From NCBI GenBank assembly GCA_018662825.1, contig JABJFI010000039.1, positions 13,643-77,642 of the forward strand: a stretch of DNA of 64,000 nucleotides, written 5' to 3'. This document shows, piece by piece, positions 36,211 to 45,148 of the stretch; position 1 is the stretch's first letter, and each line of letters begins with the position of its first letter. Position numbers and translations under genes: made by a program. This DNA is from Methanobacteriota archaeon (GTDB lineage Archaea; Thermoplasmatota; Poseidoniia; Poseidoniales; Poseidoniaceae). Under the pieces are notes generated by a model that was given only the letters and a program-made list of their open reading frames with translations, was not told the DNA's origin and searched no databases.

Positions 36211-36223
36211 AGGAGAGATTATT

Positions 36224-36673
36224 ATGGATACAAAAATTGAAGGCATTGTAGAAATAGGTTCCAAACCAATAGTTGAGCGACGAGCAACAGCGACAGGTCT
36301 TCTTAATCTCAGTCAAACTTCAGCCGAAGCGATTCAGAACAAAGCGGTCAAAAAAGGAGATGTGCTTGAGGCTTCGACCATTGCAGCGATTCAAGCAGTC
36401 AAAGACACCCCTCGAATTGTACCTCATTGTCATCCGATTCCCCTTGAAGGTTGTACAGTAAATTGGTCTTGGGAAGGACATTCTCTTCGCTGCACAGTTC
36501 ACGTTTCAGCACATTATAAAACTGGAATCGAGATGGAAGCACTTACTGGTGTAAGTGCAGGATTATTGTGTGCACTTGATATGGTAAAATCACTCGAAAA
36601 GGACGAACAGGGGCAATATCCCGAAACATCTCTTTCAGAAATCAAGGTCGTAGAGAAATTCAAAGGCCAATAA
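36224..36673 (+). CDS. moaC: Cyclic pyranopterin monophosphate synthase accessory protein
   Basis: The ATG at 36224 is preceded by AGGAGAG. Carries the MoaC motifs (KGDVLEASTIAAIQAVKDTPRIVPHCHPIPL, EMEALTGVSAGLLCALDM). Confidence 0.85.
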   Translation: MDTKIEGIVEIGSKPIVERRATATGLLNLSQTSAEAIQNKAVKKGDVLEASTIAAIQAVKDTPRIVPHCHPIPLEGCTVNWSWEGHSLRCTVHVSAHYKTGIEMEALTGVSAGLLCALDMVKSLEKDEQGQYPETSLSEIKVVEKFKGQ

Positions 36674-36765
36674 CTTCAATTCGTGAAATGATTGGAGTAA
36701 AACCTTCTTCAATTCATCCAACCTCTCATCGTAAAGACATTATTCTCTTGCCGAGTGGACACACC

Positions 36766-38337
36766 ATGCGAGCAAAGGCCACCCTTCTTGTTCTTCTTGT
36801 AATGACCGTGTCACTTGCAGGTTGTTTTGGAGCAGAAGATGTGACACCAGAAGTAGAGATTGAACCTGAAATCGATCAGCGTATTTTTGTCACTAATGGC
36901 AGCGGCATGCCAGTTTCTGAAACACCAATTGAAATGGATTTCGTGTTCAGTGACGTAGGAGAAACCGGTAAAGAACCGAGTATCGGCATTACTTCAAGCG
37001 GTTGTATGTTTTTCATCGCCATGGAAAAACCAATGCGTTCATGCGACCATGGCGAAACGTGGGTGGATTCCAAAGACGTGACACAAGCGCCTTTCACCAG
37101 CGACCCATATGGTTGGGTGGATTTGGAAACTGACCGAGTATTCAATATTCACATGATGGGCCTCGAATCAACATGGATCGGTTGGTCAGATAACGATGGA
37201 GAATCGTGGCTTGGCAACCCTCATGATTCGGGGACAACCCCTCTAAATGACCACATCAAATTAGCGACAGGCCCTTGGGTTGACAGCGGATATGGGATTA
37301 TAGGTGGACTTAATCCAACATACGCAACAGCTGTTTATTTCTGTTTCAATAAACTCGCAGGCATCTCTTGCTTCACCAGTTTTGATGGTGGAGCAACCTT
37401 CGAACTTGGAGGTAATATCGTTGGCCTTGCATCAACTAACGGAGGCCTCCATGGTGCAATTACAACTGCACCAGATGGTACAGTTTACCTCACTCCACGT
37501 GTTCCAACTCCAACATTGATTCTTTCGAAGGATAATGGTTTGTCCTGGGAAGAGCGGACAATGGGACAAGACGCTGGAACGCCAGACCCGCGCAAGAACT
37601 CGGAAGTAGCGACCGACAGTGAATCGAATGCTTACCATGTTTGGACCGGCGCTGACTTCGGCATCTACATGTCTCGCAGTACTGATTCTGGTGAAACTTG
37701 GGAACAGACCAGTACTCGTATCAGTCCTGTTGAAGTCATCTCGACAGCTTTCCCACAAGTCGACGCAGGAGACCCTGGTCGTATTGCCTTCACCTATCTT
37801 GGCAGCGAAGACGCTGAAGAATTGAACCAAACGGACATTGACGGAAACAACTGGAACGGCAACCCTCACTATGCTATGGCGAACGTTTCCTACGACATCT
37901 ACGTCACCTACAGCCTCAACGCACTGGACGAGAATCCAACCTTCCACACTTACCGGTTGTCAGACGACCCTGTCCAAATTGGTAGCATGTGTTTGAACAG
38001 CGGTGATTGCCGAACCGATGAAGGTGGTTCAAACCGGAACCTGCTCGATTTCAACGACCTCACCATCGACCTTGAAGGACGAGTCTACATTGCTTTCGCT
38101 GACGGTTGCATCGATGCGTGTGCCGCCGGAAACAATTCACAACCAGAAGATTCCCGAGCCGGCCGTGGCTCTGTCTACTTCATGGGCAATGGCCCAAGTT
38201 TGTATGTTGAAAAAGGTGAATTGACATCCCCTGTCTCCCCACCGGCTGAATCATTAAACGCATCAACGCTCCCTCAAATCTGTGAAGCAGAGCAATGCAA
38301 AAGCGAAGACCAAGAAGTGTTAATGAATGACGAATGA
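36766..38337 (+). CDS. Secreted lipoprotein with five BNR/Asp-box repeats (sialidase-like beta-propeller)
   Basis: Has a signal peptide with a lipobox (LVMTVSLAGC). The Asp-boxes are SCDHGETW, SDNDGESW, SFDGGATF, SKDNGLSW and STDSGETW. Confidence 0.7.
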   Translation: MRAKATLLVLLVMTVSLAGCFGAEDVTPEVEIEPEIDQRIFVTNGSGMPVSETPIEMDFVFSDVGETGKEPSIGITSSGCMFFIAMEKPMRSCDHGETWVDSKDVTQAPFTSDPYGWVDLETDRVFNIHMMGLESTWIGWSDNDGESWLGNPHDSGTTPLNDHIKLATGPWVDSGYGIIGGLNPTYATAVYFCFNKLAGISCFTSFDGGATFELGGNIVGLASTNGGLHGAITTAPDGTVYLTPRVPTPTLILSKDNGLSWEERTMGQDAGTPDPRKNSEVATDSESNAYHVWTGADFGIYMSRSTDSGETWEQTSTRISPVEVISTAFPQVDAGDPGRIAFTYLGSEDAEELNQTDIDGNNWNGNPHYAMANVSYDIYVTYSLNALDENPTFHTYRLSDDPVQIGSMCLNSGDCRTDEGGSNRNLLDFNDLTIDLEGRVYIAFADGCIDACAAGNNSQPEDSRAGRGSVYFMGNGPSLYVEKGELTSPVSPPAESLNASTLPQICEAEQCKSEDQEVLMNDE

Positions 38338-38387
38338 CCTCTTTGTTATTCATCAACGACTAAGAACTTCACAGTCAAGGATTAACT

Positions 38388-39032
38388 ATGTTCAGCCAGT
38401 TAAACTTGAAGAAGCCTGAAAAGTGGCACCTTGCACTCTCACATGACAAATCCACTGTTCTTGAGAGAGCGATTGGGATTTTCTTTTTTGCAGGATTAAC
38501 CGCATTATGCGCTCAACTTGCACTTCCAACCAACTGGACACCAGTACCATATACTTTCCAAACGTTTTCGGTCATGGCTGCCGGCGTGTACCTGCGAAGA
38601 AACGACGCATTCCTATCCGGTGCTGTATACCTCATTGCTGGTGCTGTTGGTGCTCCAGTCTTCGCCGGTGGAGCCAGTGGTTTGTTTTCAGGCTCCACTC
38701 TAATTGCTTCAGGAGGATATCTGCTTGCCTTCCCACTTGCCTCCGCTTTGATTGCAGAGGGCTTAGACCGCTCAAGAAAAGCAGGGTTTGCCGATATCAA
38801 GGCTCAAATTATGTGTTGGTCTCTTGCCATGATTCCGGTTTACATCTTCGGAACACTGTGGTTGGCCGAAGCCCTCAGTGTCGATCTAGCCCAAGCCTTT
38901 GAGTGGGGGACAAAGCCGTTTCTTCTCTGGGATTTTGGCAAGATTGTTCTTCTTGCATTGGTGACGACGAAAGTTTGGTCTTACGAACCTTTTGAAGAGG
39001 ATTTGGACGAAGAAGTTGGCTTCATTGAGTAA
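38388..39032 (+). CDS. bioY: BioY-family biotin transporter S-component
   Basis: Has about 6 TMs. The segment ALCAQLALPTNWTPVPYTFQTFSVMAAGVYL and the GGYLLAFPLA motif are typical of BioY. Confidence 0.7.
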   Translation: MFSQLNLKKPEKWHLALSHDKSTVLERAIGIFFFAGLTALCAQLALPTNWTPVPYTFQTFSVMAAGVYLRRNDAFLSGAVYLIAGAVGAPVFAGGASGLFSGSTLIASGGYLLAFPLASALIAEGLDRSRKAGFADIKAQIMCWSLAMIPVYIFGTLWLAEALSVDLAQAFEWGTKPFLLWDFGKIVLLALVTTKVWSYEPFEEDLDEEVGFIE

Positions 39033-39065
39033 ACTCTCTGACCGTCGTTTCATACCGTTTCATTC

Positions 39066-40046
39066 ATGGATGGGGCGCGCCCGTCTCAACGCATGGGCAG
39101 TGTAGGCGACCTCTACCACCACTTCTTAGAAGCCGTCGACCAAGCGGCTATTTCCAGCGCTGCTTGGCGTGGTTTAGGTGAGAAAGACAAAGCCGATGAG
39201 GCTGCAGTTGAAGCCATGCGTCGTACTTTTGATAATGTCCCTTTCGATGGGCGTGTCGCCATTGGCGAAGGTGAACGTGATGAAGCACCTATGCTCTACA
39301 TCGGCGAAGAGATTGGAAGCATGGTAGGTGTAGCTGGTGCTGCACAAATCGATATCGCTGTAGACCCGCTTGAATGCACGAATAATTGTGCTTCAAATTC
39401 ACCAAATTCGATTGCTGTTCTTGCTGCGGCCCCGCGCGGAACTTTACTCCATGCTCCTGATTGTTACATGGATAAAATTGCTGGAGGACCCGAACTTGTC
39501 GGTGAAATTAGTCTTGATGGCGGCGTTGCATACAATCTTGAACAAACAGCTGCTGCACTCGACAAACAAGTTTCGGATGTGCGGGTTGTAGCTCTTGACC
39601 GAGAGCGACATTCTCAACTCTTCAAAGAAATACGAGCCAGTGGCGCCCAACTTGAATTGATGGGTGATGGTGATGTTTCTGGAGCGATATGGGCTGCTCG
39701 TCCTGACGGCCCATTTGATTTACTCATGGGCATAGGTGCGGCACCTGAAGGTGTTATTTCAGCCACGGCAATCCGAGGCCTTGGCGGCGTGTTTGAAGGA
39801 CGTCTAGTGTTCCGTTCTCCCGAAGAAGAAGCCCGAGCAGAGAACATGGTCGGTGATGATTTAACCCGTCTTTGGCAAGCACATGACTTGTGCAAAAGTG
39901 AGAACGCCATCTTTGCAGCGTCGGGAGTTTGTGAAGGTTACTTACCTGCCGCAATTTTAGGAGATACACACACTACTACATTCGGTGAAATAATCGATGT
40001 AGAGAGTGGGACAGTTCGCCATATTAAGACAACTCGCCATGTTTGA
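39066..40046 (+). CDS. glpX: Class II fructose-1,6-bisphosphatase (GlpX type)
   Basis: GlpX-like throughout (AAVEAMRRTFDN, GEGERDEAPMLYIGE, DIAVDPLECTN, GIGAAPEGVISA). Confidence 0.8.
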   Translation: MDGARPSQRMGSVGDLYHHFLEAVDQAAISSAAWRGLGEKDKADEAAVEAMRRTFDNVPFDGRVAIGEGERDEAPMLYIGEEIGSMVGVAGAAQIDIAVDPLECTNNCASNSPNSIAVLAAAPRGTLLHAPDCYMDKIAGGPELVGEISLDGGVAYNLEQTAAALDKQVSDVRVVALDRERHSQLFKEIRASGAQLELMGDGDVSGAIWAARPDGPFDLLMGIGAAPEGVISATAIRGLGGVFEGRLVFRSPEEEARAENMVGDDLTRLWQAHDLCKSENAIFAASGVCEGYLPAAILGDTHTTTFGEIIDVESGTVRHIKTTRHV

Positions 40047-40088
40047 ACAATTCGTGACCTTCAAGAGGGGCGGTACTGACACCTGCAT

Positions 40089-40715
40089 ATGGCCGTCCAA
40101 CAAGTTCGCATTAAGGTTCGACTTCCTAAAGGTCATTGGGCAGGAGATGTGACTCGAAGTCATCCCTCAGCGGTACTACGTATTGAAGAACATATGCCGT
40201 TGGAAAAAGGCCGTGGGACCGCGCGTGCATCATGTGACGAGGACATTGCTACTACAGTGAAAGAACATCCTGGAATCGAAGATATTCGAATCCATAATCA
40301 ACAGAACTTTGCAGTCGATATACGTGCAGGAGATGGTGGATTTCTCAAACCTTTGGTGAAAGTCGGTGTAATCCCTGATACTCCTTTTGAAGTTCGTGAC
40401 GGATGGGTTGAATGGACAATTGCTTGTTCTCGGGATAAGGTGAGAGACTTACTTTCGAGATTTACTGCAGAAGGCATACCTCACCAATTGGTCTCAACAA
40501 GAGGAGTGACCATTCGCCTACTGACTCCACGTCAAAGAATAGTCTTTGATACAGCAATGCAAGAAGGCTTCTATGAAGTCCCTCGTAGAATCTCATTGAC
40601 TGAACTAGCCGTGGTTCTAAAGGTGGCCAAATCAACTCTTTCATCTCAAATACAGCGGATACAATCAACCATCAACCACACTTTTTCCGAAGAGATTCGA
40701 AAGCGTAGCCCCTAG
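40089..40715 (+). CDS. HTH_10 (Bat/DmsR-like) archaeal transcription regulator
   Basis: The C-terminal LTPRQRIVFDTAMQEGFYEVPRRISLTELAVVLKVAKSTLSSQIQRIQ is the HTH_10 signature. Confidence 0.65.
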   Translation: MAVQQVRIKVRLPKGHWAGDVTRSHPSAVLRIEEHMPLEKGRGTARASCDEDIATTVKEHPGIEDIRIHNQQNFAVDIRAGDGGFLKPLVKVGVIPDTPFEVRDGWVEWTIACSRDKVRDLLSRFTAEGIPHQLVSTRGVTIRLLTPRQRIVFDTAMQEGFYEVPRRISLTELAVVLKVAKSTLSSQIQRIQSTINHTFSEEIRKRSP

Positions 40716-40765
40716 ATGTTGTGCGGACATGTTCGCAAAGGCAATAAGGCGGGGTGGCGCCTCGG

Positions 40766-41932
40766 ATGGACATGGACAGCCTGCCAAATACATGGGATGA
40801 CTGGATTGCGAATTTTTCTGACTGGCAAGACCGTGTTGGTTTTAATCGGGAATGGATGGGAGATTTTGACCTTTCAATTCAATTTGATTGGGATCGTGCT
40901 GGTGATGTAATTGAATTTGGTGATTACCAAGGTCGTCCTAAATGGGAACGCTCACTACAAGTTCCACATCAGAGTATGCGTGATGCCTTGGTTAGTATGA
41001 TTACCGTTCAGGGTGATACCGAATTTGCATCTGTCGAACAACAACGCCACCTATTGGCATCTGCTCCAACAGACTACGACCGCTATGCAGCAGCTCGCAT
41101 CATGGCTGAGGAACAACGCCACGGATGGCAGATGGCTTATCTCTTGATGACTTACTTTGGACAGCAAGGACGTCGAGAGGCTCAAAAGTTACTTGAGCGA
41201 AATGCACAAGATGGGGATCGCTTACTTGGAGCTTTTAATCGACCAATGCCTCATTGGCTGGATTTCTTCTGTTACACCATGTTTGTCGACCGAGATGGAA
41301 AATTCCAACTTGGCATGCTTTCAACTTCGGCCTTCAAACCACTTGCGGCTTCTATGGGGCCAATGCTCAAGGAAGAGTCATTCCACCTGGGAACCGGCTC
41401 GAATGGTCTGCGTCGAGTCATTAAAGCAGGTGTTATTCCTTTGGACATGCTCCAGCGATTCATCAATAAGTGGGTTTCTACTGCCCACGATTTATTTGGT
41501 GTTGATGGATCGTCTTCTGCTCATTGGTCGTATGTATGGGGTATCAAAGGACGTTGGGAGGAGCGTAAGAAACTCGAAGCAAACCTCGAAGCCGACAAGG
41601 AAGTCCTTAACGAAGAGGCACGAGGGCATTACCATACTGAAATTGTAGGTGAAGTCGGGAAATTGAACGGATATTTACCTGAAGGTAGTGCACATTTGAC
41701 AGTTCCTCATGAAAATTTCAACCGAGATATTGGTGACTTCAAGCGACAACGCTACACTACGGAAGGAACACTATTCAAAGGCAGCGATGAAGAGTGGGAT
41801 GCTTATGTTCATTCGAATCTTCCAACGGCTCAAGATGAAGAACAACTCAAAGAATTATTCAAACAAGAATGGGTTTCTAACAAACCACTGTCTGCTCGAC
41901 AAATTGCTTCGGGCATCGGTACAAAGGCTTGA
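40766..41932 (+). CDS. BoxB/PaaA-like ferritin-fold diiron oxygenase (benzoyl-CoA epoxidase B-component family)
   Basis: Has two EExxH diiron motifs (AEEQRHGW, KEESFHLG). The blocks QGDTEFASVEQQRHL, LGAFNRPMPHWLDFF, VDRDGKFQL and VPHENFNRDIG are ones I recall as BoxB-like. The start is uncertain (GTG at 40754 or ATG at 40766). Confidence 0.55.
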   Translation: MDMDSLPNTWDDWIANFSDWQDRVGFNREWMGDFDLSIQFDWDRAGDVIEFGDYQGRPKWERSLQVPHQSMRDALVSMITVQGDTEFASVEQQRHLLASAPTDYDRYAAARIMAEEQRHGWQMAYLLMTYFGQQGRREAQKLLERNAQDGDRLLGAFNRPMPHWLDFFCYTMFVDRDGKFQLGMLSTSAFKPLAASMGPMLKEESFHLGTGSNGLRRVIKAGVIPLDMLQRFINKWVSTAHDLFGVDGSSSAHWSYVWGIKGRWEERKKLEANLEADKEVLNEEARGHYHTEIVGEVGKLNGYLPEGSAHLTVPHENFNRDIGDFKRQRYTTEGTLFKGSDEEWDAYVHSNLPTAQDEEQLKELFKQEWVSNKPLSARQIASGIGTKA

Positions 41933-41957
41933 AAATTCATCATCAGGAGGATTTTGG

Positions 41958-42494
41958 TTGATTCCTATATCCCTTTTTGGAATCGATGTCGAGATATGTG
42001 AAGAGTTTTATTCTTCACTTCCTAGTTTAGTTGCCGACAGTGTCGATGATGAATTATATGCCAATTCTTTGTTCGCAATTGAGGGTAAATTACCCCTAGA
42101 ACACATTCGAATAGCTGATACATGGGCTGAAAACACTCCCTTTTTGTGGCCCGAAGATATTAGTAATGAAGTTGAAATGACAATTCGAACCGCAAATTAC
42201 CCCGATGTGTCATTACTTGAACACCTTTTGACGCTAGACAATGTCGATGTAAGACGAATTTCAATTTGGATGCATTTTTCTACTAATTTGTTTCCAATAT
42301 ATAGTGAAGCAGCGTGTGAAACATTGACACGAATGGGAGTTCCTACACCTTACAACCTCAAAGATATTGCAAGTTATGGTCTCTATGTAAATCGGCTTGA
42401 AGGATTAAAGTATTACGCTCCTGCTAGTGGTTTGCCTGAGATTGGATTACCTCGTTCTCGAATGCTCCAACTGGGATTGGAGCGATTTAAATGA
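41958..42494 (+). CDS. Hypothetical protein
   Basis: The ORF continues in frame from 41709 but overlaps the upstream gene. A TTG at 41958 lies 7 nt after AGGAGG, giving 178 aa. No motif was recognised. Confidence 0.35.
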   Translation: MIPISLFGIDVEICEEFYSSLPSLVADSVDDELYANSLFAIEGKLPLEHIRIADTWAENTPFLWPEDISNEVEMTIRTANYPDVSLLEHLLTLDNVDVRRISIWMHFSTNLFPIYSEAACETLTRMGVPTPYNLKDIASYGLYVNRLEGLKYYAPASGLPEIGLPRSRMLQLGLERFK

Positions 42495-43414
42495 GACATC
42501 TGTTGATTCATCTCAAATTGGGACTTGTTGCTATTATATGGGGCATAGGGTGGCCTGCTGGTCGAATAATTGCACAAGAAGTTGCACCTTTTGCAGCATC
42601 TTGGATTCGTTATGTTATCGCTGTCGCCCTCTTTCTTATCTATTTGAGATTCTCTGATAAATGGATAGTTCCAACGCGAGAGGAATGGAAACGCATTGCG
42701 TGGATTGGCTTTTTCGCAACATGCCTGTATCAAGCATTTTTCATGATTGGAATGAAATATACTGCTGCAGGTGATGCATCACTAATGGTTACCTTAAATC
42801 CATTTTTCACTGCACTGCTTGCTATTGTTTTTCTTAAAGAGGCCATGCATTGGCGCCTTGGGGTAGGAATTGGCTTGGGACTCGGCGGCGTTGCAATTTT
42901 GTTCCTATATTCACCAAATGTCGATATTCCTTTTTTCGAACGAGCCCTTGGAGACATCCTGATTGCTACCGCAGCATTTGCATGGGCTTGCAATACAATT
43001 CTAATGAAAAAGGCCATGACTGAGCCGGCATTGGATTCGGGGCGTTGTCTTTCTCCATTGCAATTGACGGTATGGTCTTCTGTTGCTGGGCTTTTCATGC
43101 TGACTCCAGTTATGGTTGTGGAAACTTGGGTTGTCGGCATTCCAACCCCTTCGACGAATGGTTGGATTTCAATATTATTCTTGGCAATTTTTTCAACAGT
43201 AATTTCGTATGTTTGGTTTGCTGATGGAATTTTAACTATTGGAGCAGGAAAGAGTGCTTTGTATGTCTATTTAGTACCAATTTTTGGAATTTTGAGTGGA
43301 TACTTGTTACTAAACGAAAAATTAGGCACATCCCTCATTGCTGCCTTTATTCTAATTGTTGGCGGCGTTCTCCTTGCCCAAAGTAATCAGCCCTTATCCA
43401 AGGAACCATCATGA
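42491..43414 (+). CDS. EamA/DMT-family transporter
   Basis: Has ten hydrophobic helices in two EamA-like halves. It overlaps the upstream stop by 4 nt. Confidence 0.7.
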   Translation: MRHLLIHLKLGLVAIIWGIGWPAGRIIAQEVAPFAASWIRYVIAVALFLIYLRFSDKWIVPTREEWKRIAWIGFFATCLYQAFFMIGMKYTAAGDASLMVTLNPFFTALLAIVFLKEAMHWRLGVGIGLGLGGVAILFLYSPNVDIPFFERALGDILIATAAFAWACNTILMKKAMTEPALDSGRCLSPLQLTVWSSVAGLFMLTPVMVVETWVVGIPTPSTNGWISILFLAIFSTVISYVWFADGILTIGAGKSALYVYLVPIFGILSGYLLLNEKLGTSLIAAFILIVGGVLLAQSNQPLSKEPS

Positions 43415-43436
43415 AGTTGAACTCCTTGGGCTTACC

Positions 43437-44324
43437 ATGGAGATACGTTGTGTCGCTGTCATTGGTGCAGGAACGATGGGTGCAGGAATTGCACAAGTCT
43501 GCGCTCAAAGTGGGTGGAAGACAAATTTGTTTGACGCCTTCCCTGAAGGGCTTGAGCGTGGAATGCAGCGTATAGATGCGTTTTGGGACAAAGGTATCGC
43601 TCGAGGAAAAACAACCACTGAACAGAAAAGCGAATGGGCTGCTAATTTACATGCAGTTACAGATATGGCGACAGCGGTTGGTGAAGCCGATTTGATTATT
43701 GAAGCAGTTCCTGAAATTCCTGAACTCAAGCATTCTATTTTTTCAGAGTTAGATCGGTTAGCCCCTTCACATGCGATTCTTGGAACCAATACATCTTCTC
43801 TTTCTATTGCCGAGATTGCTGCTGCGACTTCACGGCCACACAATGTTATCGGAATGCATTTTTTTAATCCAGTTCCTATTATGAAATTACTTGAACTAGT
43901 GCGACATGATTCCACCAGCCAAGAGACCATTGCTGCAGCACAGGCTGCGGGAGCAGCAATGGGTAAAACCACAATCTTGGTCAAGGACATCCCCGGATTT
44001 GCCACAAGCAGGTTGGGCGTGGTTTTAGGTAATGAAGCCATTAGAATGTTAGCTGATGGTGTGGCCAGTGCAAAGGATATTGATACGGCAATGGTTCTTG
44101 GCTACAAACACCCAATGGGGCCACTTGCACTTACTGATTTAGTTGGGCTCGATGTTCGGCGCGATATTCTCAAAAATCTTCAATCATCATTCAACGACGA
44201 TACCTATGCACCTCATCCTTTGCTTGAAAAATTAGTTGCAGAAGGACGTCTTGGGAAGAAGACAGGCATCGGTATTTATGACTGGTCAACAGGAGATGCT
44301 GAAGAAACTGAATTACCTGAATGA
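43437..44324 (+). CDS. 3-hydroxyacyl-CoA / 3-hydroxybutyryl-CoA dehydrogenase
   Basis: Carries the NAD-binding VAVIGAGTMGAGIAQV, NTSSLSI, HFFNPVP and GFATSR motifs. The start was moved to the ATG at 43437. Confidence 0.85.
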   Translation: MEIRCVAVIGAGTMGAGIAQVCAQSGWKTNLFDAFPEGLERGMQRIDAFWDKGIARGKTTTEQKSEWAANLHAVTDMATAVGEADLIIEAVPEIPELKHSIFSELDRLAPSHAILGTNTSSLSIAEIAAATSRPHNVIGMHFFNPVPIMKLLELVRHDSTSQETIAAAQAAGAAMGKTTILVKDIPGFATSRLGVVLGNEAIRMLADGVASAKDIDTAMVLGYKHPMGPLALTDLVGLDVRRDILKNLQSSFNDDTYAPHPLLEKLVAEGRLGKKTGIGIYDWSTGDAEETELPE

Positions 44325-45148
44325 CCTAATGTCGTTCCACAATGTTTGCAGTATTTTGCATTGAAATCATGACCTTCTTTTGAACATTCCATGCATGCGC
44401 GAGTGCTAAATTCTCCCGCTTTGATTAATTCGGTTGAGATGATTCCTGTTGGGACAATAATCAAACTGTATCCCATTACCATGATGAACACCGCCAGAGA
44501 TTTGCCAAGTGCAGTGGCAGGAACAGTATCACCGTAGCCCGTACTAGTCAAAGTTACAATTGCCCAATAGACGCTTTGAGGAATGGATGTGAAACCATTG
44601 GTCGGCCCTTCGACAAGGTACATGCCGGCGCCACTGATGAAACTCAGGATTGTGACGGTAGTGAGAAACACAACAATTCGTGAACGGGATTGTAAAATAG
44701 CAGTGCCGAGAATTGTAGCCTCTCCAACATACCGTGTTAATTTGAATACCCGAAACACTCTCAAAAGTCGGAAAGCACGAATGATGAGAAGGCTTTGTGC
44801 TCCTGGGACAAAGAGGCTAAGATACGTTGGAATGATTGCCATCAAATCAACAATACCGAAAAAGGAGGTTGCATAGCGTATTGAATCACGTGTGATGTAA
44901 AGGCGGATAAGATATTCAAAGGTAAACAGAAGCGTGAAAAACCATTCTAAAAAGACCAGTTGGGTGTGGTATTTAGCATCAAAAGAAGAAACACTTTCCA
45001 GTGATACAGCAATAATCGAGGCTACAATAGAGAGCATCAAAGCCGCATCAAAGTAGGTTCCATACTTCGTATCGGCTTCAAAAATGATTTCATGCATTTT
45101 TTCGCGAAATGTCCTTTCAGGTGCATTAGTCTGCTCCATTCGGTTCAC
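44276..45148 (-). CDS. Voltage-gated-type K+ channel with C-terminal zinc-ribbon
   Basis: Has an S4-like segment LIIRAFRLLRVFRVFKLTRY, the selectivity filter TSTGYGD, and a C-terminal CMEC...CKHCG. Its 3' end overlaps the convergent hbd-like gene by 49 nt. Confidence 0.75.
   Translation of the reverse strand: MNRMEQTNAPERTFREKMHEIIFEADTKYGTYFDAALMLSIVASIIAVSLESVSSFDAKYHTQLVFLEWFFTLLFTFEYLIRLYITRDSIRYATSFFGIVDLMAIIPTYLSLFVPGAQSLLIIRAFRLLRVFRVFKLTRYVGEATILGTAILQSRSRIVVFLTTVTILSFISGAGMYLVEGPTNGFTSIPQSVYWAIVTLTSTGYGDTVPATALGKSLAVFIMVMGYSLIIVPTGIISTELIKAGEFSTRACMECSKEGHDFNAKYCKHCGTTLGHSGNSVSSASPVDQS

Noticed and set aside
36116-36223. N-terminal extension of moaC (ORF track start at 36116) overlapping moaE.
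   Set aside because: The extension is an out-of-frame read-through of the moaE 3' end. The ATG at 36224 has an AGGAGAG box and yields a canonical ~149-aa MoaC.
41709-41957. Upstream part of the 261-aa ORF overlapping the BoxB-like gene.
   Set aside because: It overlaps the 3' end of a well-supported gene in another frame. A TTG behind AGGAGG just after the upstream stop is the more plausible start.
42730-44041. Minus-strand ORFs of 136 aa (42730-43140) and 178 aa (43505-44041), antisense to the EamA transporter and the 3-hydroxyacyl-CoA dehydrogenase.
   Set aside because: The sense-strand genes have clear family motifs. The antisense translations are Ala/Ser/Pro-rich with no motifs.
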